Numbered from the stretch's first letter, positions 37,289 through 47,437 are shown. The stretch: DNA of 52,475 nt from Clostridia bacterium (GCA_046484775.1 JAWOIG010000007.1:1-52475), one strand, 5' to 3'. Program-made: numbers and translations. The notes: generated from the letters alone by a model not told the origin.

Positions 37289-37894
37289 ATGACAATATAT
37301 GTTAATATAAATGAGGAGGATCAGAAGGCCCTGCTCATACTTGCATCGGGTTCACCTAGAAGAGCGGAAATGATGGCAAGAATAACCCCTTTTTTTCAAA
37401 TAGTCGAACCCCAGGTTGACGAATCGCCTCTGGACGGGGAAACTCCCTTGGATATGGCTGAAAGACTTGCGATGAAAAAAGCCGCGGCGGTTTATGAATC
37501 GACCAAAGGAATATTGCCGGTTGTGGCAGCCGATACAATAGTTGTGCATGGAAATGTAATGGGCAAGCCGGACAGTAAAGAAGAGGCGGCGCGCATGCTG
37601 CGGGAACTGTCAGGGGACAAGCATCTTGTGATAACGGGAGTGGCAATTATAAATCCAGGGGATCAATCAGCAGTATGCTTCACGGAAACGACAGAGGTCC
37701 GGTTTGGCGTAATTGACGAAAAGGACATAGAAGAATATGTAAATGGCGGCGAACCCATGGACAAGGCGGGCGCGTATGGAATACAAGGTGCCGGCGGAAA
37801 GTTCATAGAACAGGTCAACGGATGCTTTTACAATGTCATGGGATTTCCACTGTACAGGATATATAGAAACCTGAAGGATATGGGAGTCGTCTGA
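37289..37894 (+). CDS. maf: Maf-family nucleoside triphosphate pyrophosphatase
   Basis: LILASGSPRR, DTIV, KP and GAYGIQG motifs. Confidence 0.9.
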   Translation: MTIYVNINEEDQKALLILASGSPRRAEMMARITPFFQIVEPQVDESPLDGETPLDMAERLAMKKAAAVYESTKGILPVVAADTIVVHGNVMGKPDSKEEAARMLRELSGDKHLVITGVAIINPGDQSAVCFTETTEVRFGVIDEKDIEEYVNGGEPMDKAGAYGIQGAGGKFIEQVNGCFYNVMGFPLYRIYRNLKDMGVV

Positions 37895-37947
37895 TGTTTC
37901 TCCGCAGCCGCCGTAATGGCGGTATTAATATTCAGCGGAGGAAATAA

Positions 37948-38643
37948 ATGGAAAGATTGAGAATGAAGGATCTGCCTGAAGAGGACAGGCCTTACGAGAA
38001 GCTGGAAAAATCAGGTGCGGAGAGCCTTTCCGACGCCGAACTTTTGGCCATAATCATACGCACGGGGTCTCAAAATGAAACCGTACTGGATCTGACAAGA
38101 CGAATCATGGGTACATGCTCGGAAGGCAAGGGACTCCTATATCTGAAGAAGGCATCAATCTCACAGCTTTGTGAAATAAAGGGAGTCGGCAGGGTCAAGG
38201 CAATACAGCTTAAGGCTGCGGGAGAGCTTGGCTCACGCATGACGAAAACAGGGATATTTGGTGCAAAATGCAAGATAACATCGCCTTCCGACATCAAGCA
38301 TCTGTATATGGAAAGACTGAGGCATGGAAGCAGGGAAATATTCATGGTGCTTGTCATGAATACGAGGAATGAAATACTGCGGGAGCTCAGCATATCAATA
38401 GGAAGCCTTTCAGAAACCGTCGTACATCCCCGGGAAGTTTTTTCAGAAGTAGTCAAGGAGCCGGCGGCGGCCATAATTCTTATGCACAACCATCCCAGCG
38501 GAGATCCCTCGCCAAGCGGAAATGATAAGATAACGACGGAAAGGTTGGTTGAAGCCGGAAAAATACTAGGCATTAAGATACTTGACCATGTTATAATAGG
38601 AAATGGAAATATATTCAGCTTTAAAGAGAATGGCCTGTTGTAA
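37948..38643 (+). CDS. radC: RadC-family JAB-domain protein (UPF0758)
   Basis: LSDAELLAIIIRTG helix-hairpin-helix region and the JAMM motif HNHPSGDPSPS. Confidence 0.9.
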   Translation: MERLRMKDLPEEDRPYEKLEKSGAESLSDAELLAIIIRTGSQNETVLDLTRRIMGTCSEGKGLLYLKKASISQLCEIKGVGRVKAIQLKAAGELGSRMTKTGIFGAKCKITSPSDIKHLYMERLRHGSREIFMVLVMNTRNEILRELSISIGSLSETVVHPREVFSEVVKEPAAAIILMHNHPSGDPSPSGNDKITTERLVEAGKILGIKILDHVIIGNGNIFSFKENGLL

Positions 38644-38711
38644 AAAGCGGATGATGATGTTCCTGCAGGAACATCGGATCCGCACTGAACCCGGCCTTAT
38701 TGGAGGATAAA

Positions 38712-39722
38712 ATGTCATTGTTTGGAAGAGACATAGGGATAGACCTTGGGACTGCGAATACCATCATATACGAGCGCGGCAAAGGCATAGTGCTCAGGGA
38801 GCCATCGGTGGTGGCGGCCGACGAGAAAAAGAATATAGTAATAGCGGTCGGGGAAGAAGCCAAGAGAATGGTCGGCAGGACACCGGGAACAATAAGCGCC
38901 ATAAGGCCTCTAAAGGAAGGCGTAATAGCCGATTACAAGTGCACGCTGCAGATGCTGAACAGGTTCATAAGGAAGGCGATAGGGAAAAAGCTGTTTTCAA
39001 AGCCCAGGCTTATAATCTGTGTTCCCGCCGGAGTGACCCAGGTTGAAAAGAAGGCGGTTATCGAAGCAGGTCTTGAGGCCGGAGCAAGGGAAGTTTTCGT
39101 TGCGGAAGAATCTATAATGGCTGCGGTGGGAGCAGGACTTCCCGTGCTTGAACCCACGGGAAACATGGTCGTTGATATAGGCGGAGGCACCTCGGAAGTC
39201 GCCGTCATATCCATGGGCAGGATTGTGACAAGCACGACCCTGAGAATAGCGGGCGACCGTTTCGATGAGGTCATAGCCCAGTACATACGAAAGAAATACA
39301 GATTATTTATTGGAAACAGAACCGCCGAAAACATTAAGATTCAGATAGGCAATGTATTTCCCTCAGACTATTCAGATGAAATGGAGATCAGGGGAAGGAA
39401 TATGACGCAGGGACTCCCTGTAAATATGACCATAACATCCGACGAAATCGCCGAAGCCATGGAAGATATTGCGAATGAACTGCTGGAGGCTGTCAGGAGC
39501 ACTTTGGAAAAAACACCGCCGGAGCTGGCGGCGGACATAATGGTAAATGGCATATATCTGACCGGCGGAGGGGCACTAATTCGAGGCATGGATAAATTTC
39601 TCAGCACAAAGACGGGAAACATACCGGTATACATAGCCGAAAATCCACTTGACTGTGTCGCGATAGGAACAGGAAAAGCCCTTGAAAACCTTGATTATCT
39701 GAGCGGAGCCACAAGAAGGTAA
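38712..39722 (+). CDS. mreB: Rod shape-determining protein MreB
   Basis: DIGIDLGTANT, VVDIGGGT and YLTGGGA are actin-fold phosphate and adenosine motifs. GGAGG lies 5 nt upstream of the ATG. Confidence 0.97.
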   Translation: MSLFGRDIGIDLGTANTIIYERGKGIVLREPSVVAADEKKNIVIAVGEEAKRMVGRTPGTISAIRPLKEGVIADYKCTLQMLNRFIRKAIGKKLFSKPRLIICVPAGVTQVEKKAVIEAGLEAGAREVFVAEESIMAAVGAGLPVLEPTGNMVVDIGGGTSEVAVISMGRIVTSTTLRIAGDRFDEVIAQYIRKKYRLFIGNRTAENIKIQIGNVFPSDYSDEMEIRGRNMTQGLPVNMTITSDEIAEAMEDIANELLEAVRSTLEKTPPELAADIMVNGIYLTGGGALIRGMDKFLSTKTGNIPVYIAENPLDCVAIGTGKALENLDYLSGATRR

Positions 39723-39733
39723 AGGAGCCCGGA

Positions 39734-40576
39734 TTGAATAAGATTCTGAAAAGCCGAAGATTCCAGATAATCTCAGCAATTTTTTTGTTGCTGATAGTCA
39801 TTCTGTTTTCTGCGGACAGGTTCAGCAAGGCAAACATAATCAGGGATATCGTAACCGCCCCGGTTTCGGTTGCTCAAAAAGGAATAAAGGCTGCCGGAAC
39901 TTGGATTGACGGAATAGTGTCCGGCATCAAGGGATATGCCAGGATTACAAGTGAGAACAAAGCCTTGCGGAATGAGAATCTGGAGTTATATGAGAAGAAT
40001 GCCGAACTGGCGGGTATGGAAGAGGAAAATCAAAGGCTGCGGGAAGCCCTTAAACTGAAGGACAGATTCTCGGGATATGAAATAATCGGAGCCAATATCA
40101 TTGGAGTCAACCCGGGTAATTTTTTCTATAATTTCAGGATTGATGTGGGAAGCCTGGACGGGGTGGAAATAGATGACCCTGTCATAGCGGCGGACAATGT
40201 TCTGATAGGCAGGATATACAGCGTGGGGCTTACCACCTCGATTGTTGTTCCTTTGACGGACGAAAGAATGGGAATAAGCGCATGGACGACAAAGGCGGAC
40301 GGCGGACACGCAGTGGTTAAGGGTGATATAGAGTATAAGGCACTCGGGCTTTGCCTTATGGAAACCATAAGCCAGGATGTCAATCTGGAGATAGGGGATG
40401 TGGTTGAAACATCCGGTATGGGCGGGATATATCCCAGGGGAATCCTTATTGGAACCGTACAGGAAATATATAAGGAAACATCATTGATAGAAAGACATGC
40501 CGTAATAAAACCATATGTTGACTTCAATTCAATCGAGGAAGCATACATACTTAAGGAAAAGGAACCCGGGAACTGA
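39734..40576 (+). CDS. mreC: Rod shape-determining protein MreC
   Basis: N-terminal TM segment, coiled coil (NKALRNENLELYEKNAELAGMEEENQRLREAL), and C-terminal beta domain with TSGMGGIYPRGILIG. TTG start after AAGGAG. Confidence 0.9.
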   Translation: MNKILKSRRFQIISAIFLLLIVILFSADRFSKANIIRDIVTAPVSVAQKGIKAAGTWIDGIVSGIKGYARITSENKALRNENLELYEKNAELAGMEEENQRLREALKLKDRFSGYEIIGANIIGVNPGNFFYNFRIDVGSLDGVEIDDPVIAADNVLIGRIYSVGLTTSIVVPLTDERMGISAWTTKADGGHAVVKGDIEYKALGLCLMETISQDVNLEIGDVVETSGMGGIYPRGILIGTVQEIYKETSLIERHAVIKPYVDFNSIEEAYILKEKEPGN

Positions 40577-40578
40577 CG

Positions 40579-41100
40579 ATGAAGGGATATAAGTGGCATG
40601 TTATTTTGATATTGGTCATGGCGGTAATAATGCAGCCATATCTTTCCGAATGGTTGCCGGTTGCGGGTGTTTCCATTAATTTCGTTATGTTCATCATGAT
40701 GATGACGGCTTTTGAAAAAAGATACAAGGATGCGGTCATCGTAGCTTCAGTCGTTGGAATCGCTTATGATATGTTATACAGCCCATGGATCGGAAGAATG
40801 ACGATTGTACTGCTGCTATCGGTCATGGCGGTCTTTCTCGTCAATAAGATCGTGTACAGGAACAATGCACCGGTGTTGACGCTGTTCTTTTTTACAGCGG
40901 TTTATATACTGGAAAACATAAGCACCATGATGGAGCTGGGTCCGGCGCTTTATTTTAGAAGCTTTTCATTCATACAAGCGGAATTGTTCCGGGTTTCGTT
41001 ATACGGCGCGGTTCTGGCAGCGATTCTGGGCATTTGGTTCTTTACCTTTTCATTGATACGCGACAGGAAGCTGGGAACGAGAAAGGCCAGGTTGGAATGA
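40579..41100 (+). CDS. mreD: Rod shape-determining protein MreD
   Basis: 173-aa polytopic membrane protein immediately after mreC. Confidence 0.75.
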   Translation: MKGYKWHVILILVMAVIMQPYLSEWLPVAGVSINFVMFIMMMTAFEKRYKDAVIVASVVGIAYDMLYSPWIGRMTIVLLLSVMAVFLVNKIVYRNNAPVLTLFFFTAVYILENISTMMELGPALYFRSFSFIQAELFRVSLYGAVLAAILGIWFFTFSLIRDRKLGTRKARLE

Positions 41101-43178
41101 AGGAAGACAAAAGATACAATTCCAGATACATCATTCTGATGGCGCTCTTCATAGCGGCAGCTGCGGCAATGATAATCAAGCTGTACGATATGCAGATTGT
41201 CAACGGAGATGAGAATTCCATGCTGTCTTCCAGGAAAGTCAGCCATCAGTTTATTATCGAGGCTCCGCGCGGTATTATCTATGACCGCAATGGCGAAAAG
41301 CTTGCTTATAACCGCGAGAGCAATGATGTTTACATTTCGAAGGCTTATGTCTCCACGGAAGAGCTCAATGAATCATTGCTGCTTCTCTGGGAAATTCTCA
41401 GGAGCAACAATGAGGATTACATTCACTCATTCGACAAGTATGTTCTGGAAAATCCGATTGTTTTCAACCCGGACAAGGACATATCCAATATACTTGAATG
41501 GCAGAAGGAAGAGGACCTGCTCAATATACCTGAAAAGGAAGTCAAGAACAGCGCCCGGGAACTTATGGAGTATCTGAGAAATAAATTTAAAATATCGGAT
41601 CAATACAGTCGGGAAGAGGCATATGGAATAATATGCATGAGATATGAAATTTTAAAGCAACGCTGGAATTATATTACATATGGAAGAATAAAGATTGCGG
41701 ATGATGTGTCAATTGAAACCGTTGCCACCATATCCGAAAAAAGGCACAGGCTTCTCGGGGTTGTGATTCAAAAGAAAATGGTGAGGGAATACGGCGATGT
41801 AACTGATACGGCGCATGTCCTGGGTTATGTTGGGAACATAACCTCGGAGGAGCTGTCCCGGCTTGATGGCAGAGGATATGATGGTGACGATGTAATAGGG
41901 AAAAGCGGCATAGAACAATACGCGGAAAGTTATCTGAGGGGCACCGACGGCTATATGGAAGTCGAAGCCGATATTTACGGCAGCATAATCGAGAGGATCG
42001 GCGGGGTTGATGAAATAAACGGCAGTAATGTCAGGCTGACAATAAACATGGAGCTGCAGAGAATTGCGATGGAGGCAATGGAGGAAACCATTGCTTCCAT
42101 AAGGTCGAAATATGACGGCAAATCCAATTTTGGAGATGCTTCGGCAGGCGCTACGGTTGTGATGGATGTCAAGACGGGAGAAATACTGGCCTTGGCGAGT
42201 TATCCCACGTATGACCCGAAATGGTTCATATACGATGATGAGGAATCTGTTGCAAACAGACTGAGGGCGATAATGGACTCAACGGGCACACCAATGTTCA
42301 ACAGGGCCATACAAGGGATTTATAGTCCCGGTTCAACTTTCAAACCGATAGTGGCCATTGCGGCGCTGGAGTCGGAAATATATAATTACAACAGGGAGTC
42401 CCTGATTGAGTGCAAGGGTAAATGGACCTATGACAACTGGGATTATTATTGTCTTGAGTACACAATGTCAAACGGCTGGTTCAGACATGGCTCGCTGACA
42501 ATATCGGAAGGAATAAAGACAAGCTGCAACCTTATATTCCATCAACTCGGAATAGCTGTTGGAATCGATGAGCTTGACAAATGGGCGGAGAGATTCGGAC
42601 TGGGAAAACCGACAGGATTGGATTTGTTCGGAGAAGCCGCCGGCATCCGATCAAACAGAGAATACAAGTATCTGACATTTGATGAAAAATGGTGGTCCGC
42701 GGACACAGGGCAGACTTCAATAGGACAGCTTTACAATAACTTCACGCCGATACAAATGGCCGTTTTCACATCAGCGCTTGCCAACGGAGGCAAAAAACTG
42801 ACGCCTTACCTTATTGATGAGATTGTGTCCAACGACGGAACCGTGGTATTTAAGACTGAGACTCAATTCGAGCAGATAGAATGGGATAATGAAACTTTTG
42901 ACATTATTAGAGAAGGTATGAATAGTGTTACACTTGACGGAACCGCCAAGAGAATTTTTGACAAGTACCCCATAAATGTCGCAGGCAAAACAGGAACGGC
43001 GGAAACAGGAAGGGAAGCGAAGGAGTCATCCAACGCATTGTTCATATGCTATGCTCCAATGGAGGATCCGCAGATAGCGATTGTCACCGTAATCGAAAAA
43101 GGAGTCTGGGGTTCATATACGGCTGAGGTGGCCAAGAAGATACTGAGTGCGTATTTTGGTATTGAAGAGAGTGAATAA
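41097..43178 (+). CDS. mrdA: Penicillin-binding protein 2 (elongation-specific transpeptidase)
   Basis: TM anchor, PBP dimerisation domain, and transpeptidase motifs STFK (GSTFKP), SCN and KTGT(AE). ATGA overlap with mreD. Confidence 0.9.
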   Translation: MKEDKRYNSRYIILMALFIAAAAAMIIKLYDMQIVNGDENSMLSSRKVSHQFIIEAPRGIIYDRNGEKLAYNRESNDVYISKAYVSTEELNESLLLLWEILRSNNEDYIHSFDKYVLENPIVFNPDKDISNILEWQKEEDLLNIPEKEVKNSARELMEYLRNKFKISDQYSREEAYGIICMRYEILKQRWNYITYGRIKIADDVSIETVATISEKRHRLLGVVIQKKMVREYGDVTDTAHVLGYVGNITSEELSRLDGRGYDGDDVIGKSGIEQYAESYLRGTDGYMEVEADIYGSIIERIGGVDEINGSNVRLTINMELQRIAMEAMEETIASIRSKYDGKSNFGDASAGATVVMDVKTGEILALASYPTYDPKWFIYDDEESVANRLRAIMDSTGTPMFNRAIQGIYSPGSTFKPIVAIAALESEIYNYNRESLIECKGKWTYDNWDYYCLEYTMSNGWFRHGSLTISEGIKTSCNLIFHQLGIAVGIDELDKWAERFGLGKPTGLDLFGEAAGIRSNREYKYLTFDEKWWSADTGQTSIGQLYNNFTPIQMAVFTSALANGGKKLTPYLIDEIVSNDGTVVFKTETQFEQIEWDNETFDIIREGMNSVTLDGTAKRIFDKYPINVAGKTGTAETGREAKESSNALFICYAPMEDPQIAIVTVIEKGVWGSYTAEVAKKILSAYFGIEESE

Positions 43179-43179
43179 G

Positions 43180-43707
43180 ATGAAAAAGGGGCTTGTGCAT
43201 ATATATACGGGGAATGGGAAGGGAAAGACCACGGCATGCGCCGGGCTTGCGCTCAGAATGGCCGGAAGCGGGGGAAGGGTGTTGTATTCCTTCATGCAGA
43301 AGGGCATTGAAAGCTCCGAGATAAGGATGCTCAGGTCTATTGCCGGGATCGATGTGTACCAGGTATGCACGATCAGAAAATTCTCCAATCTGCTTAACGA
43401 AGAGGAAAGAGTGGAATACAGAAGGCAGCATGAAGAAGGTCTTCGTGAAATATCCCTGCGGTGTAAGACGGGTGGATATGATATGGTGATAATGGATGAG
43501 GCAATCGGAGCGATAAATGAAAAGGCACTGGGAATCGATGAAGTGCTGGCATTTATAAAGGAGAGACCTCCGGAATGCGAGGTCGTTTTGTCGGGCAGGA
43601 ACGCTCCTGCGGGATTAATTGAGGCTGCGGACTATGTATCTGAAATAATGCCGCTCAGGCATCCGTTTGAAAAAGGAATCTCAGGCAGAAAAGGAATCGA
43701 ATTTTAA
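43180..43707 (+). CDS. cobO: Cob(I)yrinic acid a,c-diamide adenosyltransferase (CobO/BtuR type)
   Basis: GLVHIYTGNGKGKTTAC P-loop, DMVIMDE, and the HPFEKGI.. tail. Confidence 0.8.
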   Translation: MKKGLVHIYTGNGKGKTTACAGLALRMAGSGGRVLYSFMQKGIESSEIRMLRSIAGIDVYQVCTIRKFSNLLNEEERVEYRRQHEEGLREISLRCKTGGYDMVIMDEAIGAINEKALGIDEVLAFIKERPPECEVVLSGRNAPAGLIEAADYVSEIMPLRHPFEKGISGRKGIEF

Positions 43708-43753
43708 GATTCCGGGATGCTCCCGGATTGTTTTGTGAAAAGGAAGGTATTGT

Positions 43754-44617
43754 ATGGCTGAAGTCAGGGTAGCCAGCGAGTGGCGGGATTATGAATTGAT
43801 TGAAGCCGGCGACGGACAGAAGCTTGAGCGTTGGGGAGGATTTGTATTGAGACGGCCTGAACCACAGGCCGTATGGCCGATGACAAAGGCCTGGCCGGAT
43901 GCTCATGCCATATACAACAGGAGTAATTCAGGTGGGGGAAGCTGGGATTTTTATAAAAATATGCCGGATAAATGGACGATAACATACAGGAATCTGAAAT
44001 TTTATATTGAGCCAATGGGATTCAAGCACACGGGGATATTCCCTGAGCAGGCATTCAACTGGGATTTTGCAATGGATAGGATAAAGTCGGAGGGAACCGG
44101 AATAAGCGTTTTGAATCTTTTTGCATATACCGGCGGAGCTACCGCGGCTTGTGCATCCGCGGGGGCATCCGTATGTCATGTGGATGCTGCCAAAGGCATG
44201 GTTGCCCGTGCAAAGACAAATCTGGAGTTGTCCGGACTGAATGATAAGCCCGTAAGATACATAGTCGATGATGCGGTTAAATTTGTAAAAAAAGAAATAC
44301 GCAGAGGGAAAAAATATGATTGCATAATAATGGATCCGCCTGCATACGGAAGAGGACCTTCCGGGGAACTGTGGAAAATTGAAGATACCCTGTATGAGCT
44401 TGTCGACCTTTGTGCTCAACTTTTGACTGACAGACCGCTTTTCTTTTTGATCAACGCCTATGCCTCGGCACTGTCGCCTCTCTTGATTGAAAACATCATG
44501 GGCATGATATTGCTTCCAAGGTTCGGAGGTAAAATCAGCACATATGAGCTTGGGCTCGATATCAAGAGCCGGGGAATGGTGCTTCCCTGCGGATTCACCG
44601 GGAGATGGGAGCGTTGA
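43754..44617 (+). CDS. Class I SAM-dependent (probably rRNA) methyltransferase, RlmI/YwbD-like catalytic domain
   Basis: GIFPEQ, VLNLFAYTGGAT, and IIMDPPAYGRGP (D/N-PP-Y/F-type motif IV). Confidence 0.7.
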   Translation: MAEVRVASEWRDYELIEAGDGQKLERWGGFVLRRPEPQAVWPMTKAWPDAHAIYNRSNSGGGSWDFYKNMPDKWTITYRNLKFYIEPMGFKHTGIFPEQAFNWDFAMDRIKSEGTGISVLNLFAYTGGATAACASAGASVCHVDAAKGMVARAKTNLELSGLNDKPVRYIVDDAVKFVKKEIRRGKKYDCIIMDPPAYGRGPSGELWKIEDTLYELVDLCAQLLTDRPLFFLINAYASALSPLLIENIMGMILLPRFGGKISTYELGLDIKSRGMVLPCGFTGRWER

Positions 44618-45276
44618 TGAAGATACTGTATGAAGACAATCACATCATAGCTGTGGAGAAACCTCCCGGCATCCCCACTATGCCGGATAAATCGTCCGAC
44701 CAAAGCATGCTTGACATGGTCAGGTTTTATATCAAGGAAAAATATATGAAGCCCGGCGATGTTTTCATCGGCCTGGTGCACAGGCTGGACCGGTCAACCG
44801 GCGGTGCGATGGTATTCGCCAGGACGACAAAAGGAGCATCCAGGCTTTCGAAACAAATCAGGGAAAAGCAGTTTAAAAAGACATATCTGGCGGTTGTAGA
44901 AGGTATTGTTCCTGATAAGAAAGGAAAGCTGCGCAACTTTGTTTCGAAGGACAGACAGATCAATAAATCAAAGGTAGTGGAAAGCGCTGGGGATGAAGCC
45001 AAGGAGGCAGTCCTTAATTACAGGGTTATTTCTGAAACAGGGAATCTGTCGTTGGTTGAGGTGAAACTGGAAACAGGAAGGCATCATCAGATCAGGGTGC
45101 AATTCTCCAATATAGGCCATCCGCTTTGGGGCGACATGAAATATGGAGCGGCAACCGGCAGAGGGCTGGGGCTGTGGTCATATTCTGTTCAATTCAAAAA
45201 AGCTGTCGGGGATGAGGAGATAGTTATTGTTTCCGAGCCCGATTATTGCAGCGAGCCCTGGAGTCTTTTCAGATGA
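44617..45276 (+). CDS. RluA-family pseudouridine synthase
   Basis: Catalytic HRLDRSTGG motif and GRHHQIRVQ. The ATG overlaps the upstream stop by 1 nt. Confidence 0.9.
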   Translation: MKILYEDNHIIAVEKPPGIPTMPDKSSDQSMLDMVRFYIKEKYMKPGDVFIGLVHRLDRSTGGAMVFARTTKGASRLSKQIREKQFKKTYLAVVEGIVPDKKGKLRNFVSKDRQINKSKVVESAGDEAKEAVLNYRVISETGNLSLVEVKLETGRHHQIRVQFSNIGHPLWGDMKYGAATGRGLGLWSYSVQFKKAVGDEEIVIVSEPDYCSEPWSLFR

Positions 45277-46070
45277 TCAAGCTTTCTTTCTGCGTCGCGT
45301 CTTGTGATTACCGATAAACCGTCGAAAGGCATTTCAATGCATTTCTTCATATATCTTACGGCACTGTCGATATCCTTCATTTTCTGCATTAAATCAGCCA
45401 TGTTATAGTAAGCTTCGGGAAAACCGGGATCCTTTTTCATCAATGCTTCATATATCTCAAGGGCTTTTTCAAGATTGCCTGTCTTCAAATATGTCACTCC
45501 CAGGTTGTCCATTATTGCATTGTTATTTGGATTGTATCCATAGGCCTTTTCGTTTATTTCCAGGGCTTTCGCTAGATTATCCCCAAGAGTGACTATATAT
45601 CCGTAGCTTCCGTATAAAACGGTGGACTCGCCTTCGGCCATAAGATTTTCAAGGATATCAAGCGATTCGGCTATTTTTTCCTTCTTCCAATAGTAAAGGG
45701 CTTTGTTTAAAAGCAGAGTATGGGATTCATAATCAGTCATTACGCGTCCCTCGGTCTTTTCGATTATTTCATATGCCTTATCGAATTTTTCGTTTTTCAA
45801 CAGGAGATATATGAGCATGAGAGAAGTATGCACGGATGAACGCTTGAGTTTATAGGCTTTGTATATGAATCTCAGAGCTTTGCCGGGATTGTTCCTTTTT
45901 GTTTGATAACCTGCAAGGATCTTCAGGATATTTTCATATTGAAAAACGGTAAATACAGTGAAGTAAATGATAATCAGAGGAATGAGGACAAGATAATTGC
46001 CCGATAATGATATTGCCAGCAGCAGCACAGGAAAAATAAAGTATATGACTATGTTCTTAAGCCTGTTCAT
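45243..46070 (-). CDS. Membrane-anchored tetratricopeptide-repeat protein
   Basis: Two N-terminal TM segments followed by repeated TPR-like A..Y..AL...P helices (GNLEKALEIYEALMKKDPGFPEAYYNMA). GGAGG lies 7 nt upstream. Confidence 0.75.
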   Translation of the reverse strand: MNRLKNIVIYFIFPVLLLAISLSGNYLVLIPLIIIYFTVFTVFQYENILKILAGYQTKRNNPGKALRFIYKAYKLKRSSVHTSLMLIYLLLKNEKFDKAYEIIEKTEGRVMTDYESHTLLLNKALYYWKKEKIAESLDILENLMAEGESTVLYGSYGYIVTLGDNLAKALEINEKAYGYNPNNNAIMDNLGVTYLKTGNLEKALEIYEALMKKDPGFPEAYYNMADLMQKMKDIDSAVRYMKKCIEMPFDGLSVITRRDAERKLDHLKRLQGSLQ

Positions 46071-46094
46071 GAGACCTCCGTTTCACCAGTGATG

Positions 46095-46123
46095 ATTATA
46101 TATTAGGGACTGCTGAATAACAA
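46095..46123 (-). promoter_or_regulatory. Possible promoter of the TPR gene
   Basis: On the minus strand: TTGTTA (46123-46118), 17-nt spacer, TATAAT (46100-46095). The -35 element lies inside the first copy of the 259-bp repeat. Confidence 0.35.
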
Positions 46124-46622
46124 GGGATTATAGATATTCAGCACCGGCGGCAGCCGGATGGACTGAAAACATTCAACATATACGGGTTTTCGGTACATGG
46201 CCCTAATTATCGGCGAGCTGAATCAGGCGAAGCCATGCCTAAAGGGCGGTGAAGGTGCAGGATTTTTATGCTTATACTAAGAAAAGCCTGCACCTGAACA
46301 GCTTGAAAATGTAAAGCAAGGCTATGAACAAGGCATTTTCAGGTTATTCGGCGAGCCTTATATAGGGACTGCTGAATAACAAGGGATTATAGATATTCAG
46401 CACCGGCGGCAGCCGGATGGACTGAAAACATTCAACATATACGGGTTTTCGGTACATGGCCCTAATTATCGGCGAGCTGAATCAGGCGAAGCCAGGCCTA
46501 AAGGGCGGTGAAGGTGCAAGGTTTTAACGCTTTTACTGATAAAAGCCTGCACCTGAACAGCTTGAAAATGTAAAGCAAGACTATAAACAAAGCATTTTCA
46601 AGTTATTCGGCAAGCCCTATAC
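46105..46622. repeat. Tandem direct duplication of a 259-bp non-coding, hairpin-rich element (46105-46363 and 46364-46622)
   Basis: The first roughly 130 nt of each copy are identical and the distal half has diverged. There is no ORF of 60 aa or more. Each copy has four strong local hairpins. Confidence 0.85.
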
Positions 46623-46681
46623 TAACAAGTCATTTCACACAAGAAAAACAGTGCAAATTGAGAAGGCTCATGTGGAACCGG

Positions 46682-47437
46682 CTATTTTACTATGATATCC
46701 CTCATGGAATATAAACCGGCCTGTTTTCCGTGAATGAAACGCGCCGCCTTAAGCGCCCCCGAAGCAAATATGTCGCGGGATAAGGCTTCGTGCTTTATTT
46801 CTATGATTTCATCGCGTCCGGCAAACAAGACAGTATGTTCGCCGACAATCGTGCCGCCCCTGACCGAGTGTATACCTATTTCATCGGTGCTTCTTTCCTC
46901 TCTGCGTCCATAGCGGTCGGTAACAATACGTTTTGGAGCTGAAAGGGCTTCGTTTATGATATCGGCGATGGCGAGGGCGGTTCCGCTTGGGGCATCGATC
47001 TTCCTGTTGTGGTGTTTTTCGATTATTTCTATATCAAAGAGCCCATCGGTGAAAGAAGCTGCGATCTTCGATATTTCCATGAGAAGATTGACTCCCATGG
47101 ACATATTTGCACTGTAAAAAACAGGTATTGACAATGATAATTCTTCAATTTGGGCTATCTGGTATTCAGTCAGGCCGGTTGTTGCCATGACAAGCGGTAT
47201 GTTTTTTTGGGCACAGTATGCAATGACGCCCTGCATTGCGGAAGGATGGGAAAAATCCACGACAACGTCGACAGGAACACTGCAATCAACAATGTTTCTA
47301 AATACCGGGAATGCGACAGCATCGGGTGAATTCAAGTCGCAGCCGGCGGCAATCAGAATATCCTCCATACCGGCGGCCAGCTTCACAATGGCCATGCCCA
47401 TTCTTCCCCCGCAACCGTTCAATAAAATTCTAGGCAT
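46682..47437 (-). CDS. dapB: 4-hydroxy-tetrahydrodipicolinate reductase
   Basis: NGCGGRMG dinucleotide fold, EIIEKHHNRKIDAPSGTA signature, and SVRGG. Confidence 0.93.
   Translation of the reverse strand: MPRILLNGCGGRMGMAIVKLAAGMEDILIAAGCDLNSPDAVAFPVFRNIVDCSVPVDVVVDFSHPSAMQGVIAYCAQKNIPLVMATTGLTEYQIAQIEELSLSIPVFYSANMSMGVNLLMEISKIAASFTDGLFDIEIIEKHHNRKIDAPSGTALAIADIINEALSAPKRIVTDRYGRREERSTDEIGIHSVRGGTIVGEHTVLFAGRDEIIEIKHEALSRDIFASGALKAARFIHGKQAGLYSMRDIIVK

Noticed and set aside
46197-46280. Small ORF within each 259-bp repeat copy (MALIIGELNQAKP...)
   Set aside because: It has no RBS. The two copies end differently after a few substitutions (27 versus 23 aa), and nothing resembles a known small protein.
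46105-46622. The 259-bp units as tandem riboswitch aptamers or self-cleaving ribozymes
   Set aside because: I could not find the conserved cores of T-box, SAM, lysine, cobalamin, TPP, FMN, glycine, c-di-GMP, ZTP or guanidine classes, nor hammerhead CUGAUGA/GAAA geometry. It is left as an unclassified structured element. Only a covariance-model scan can exclude known families.
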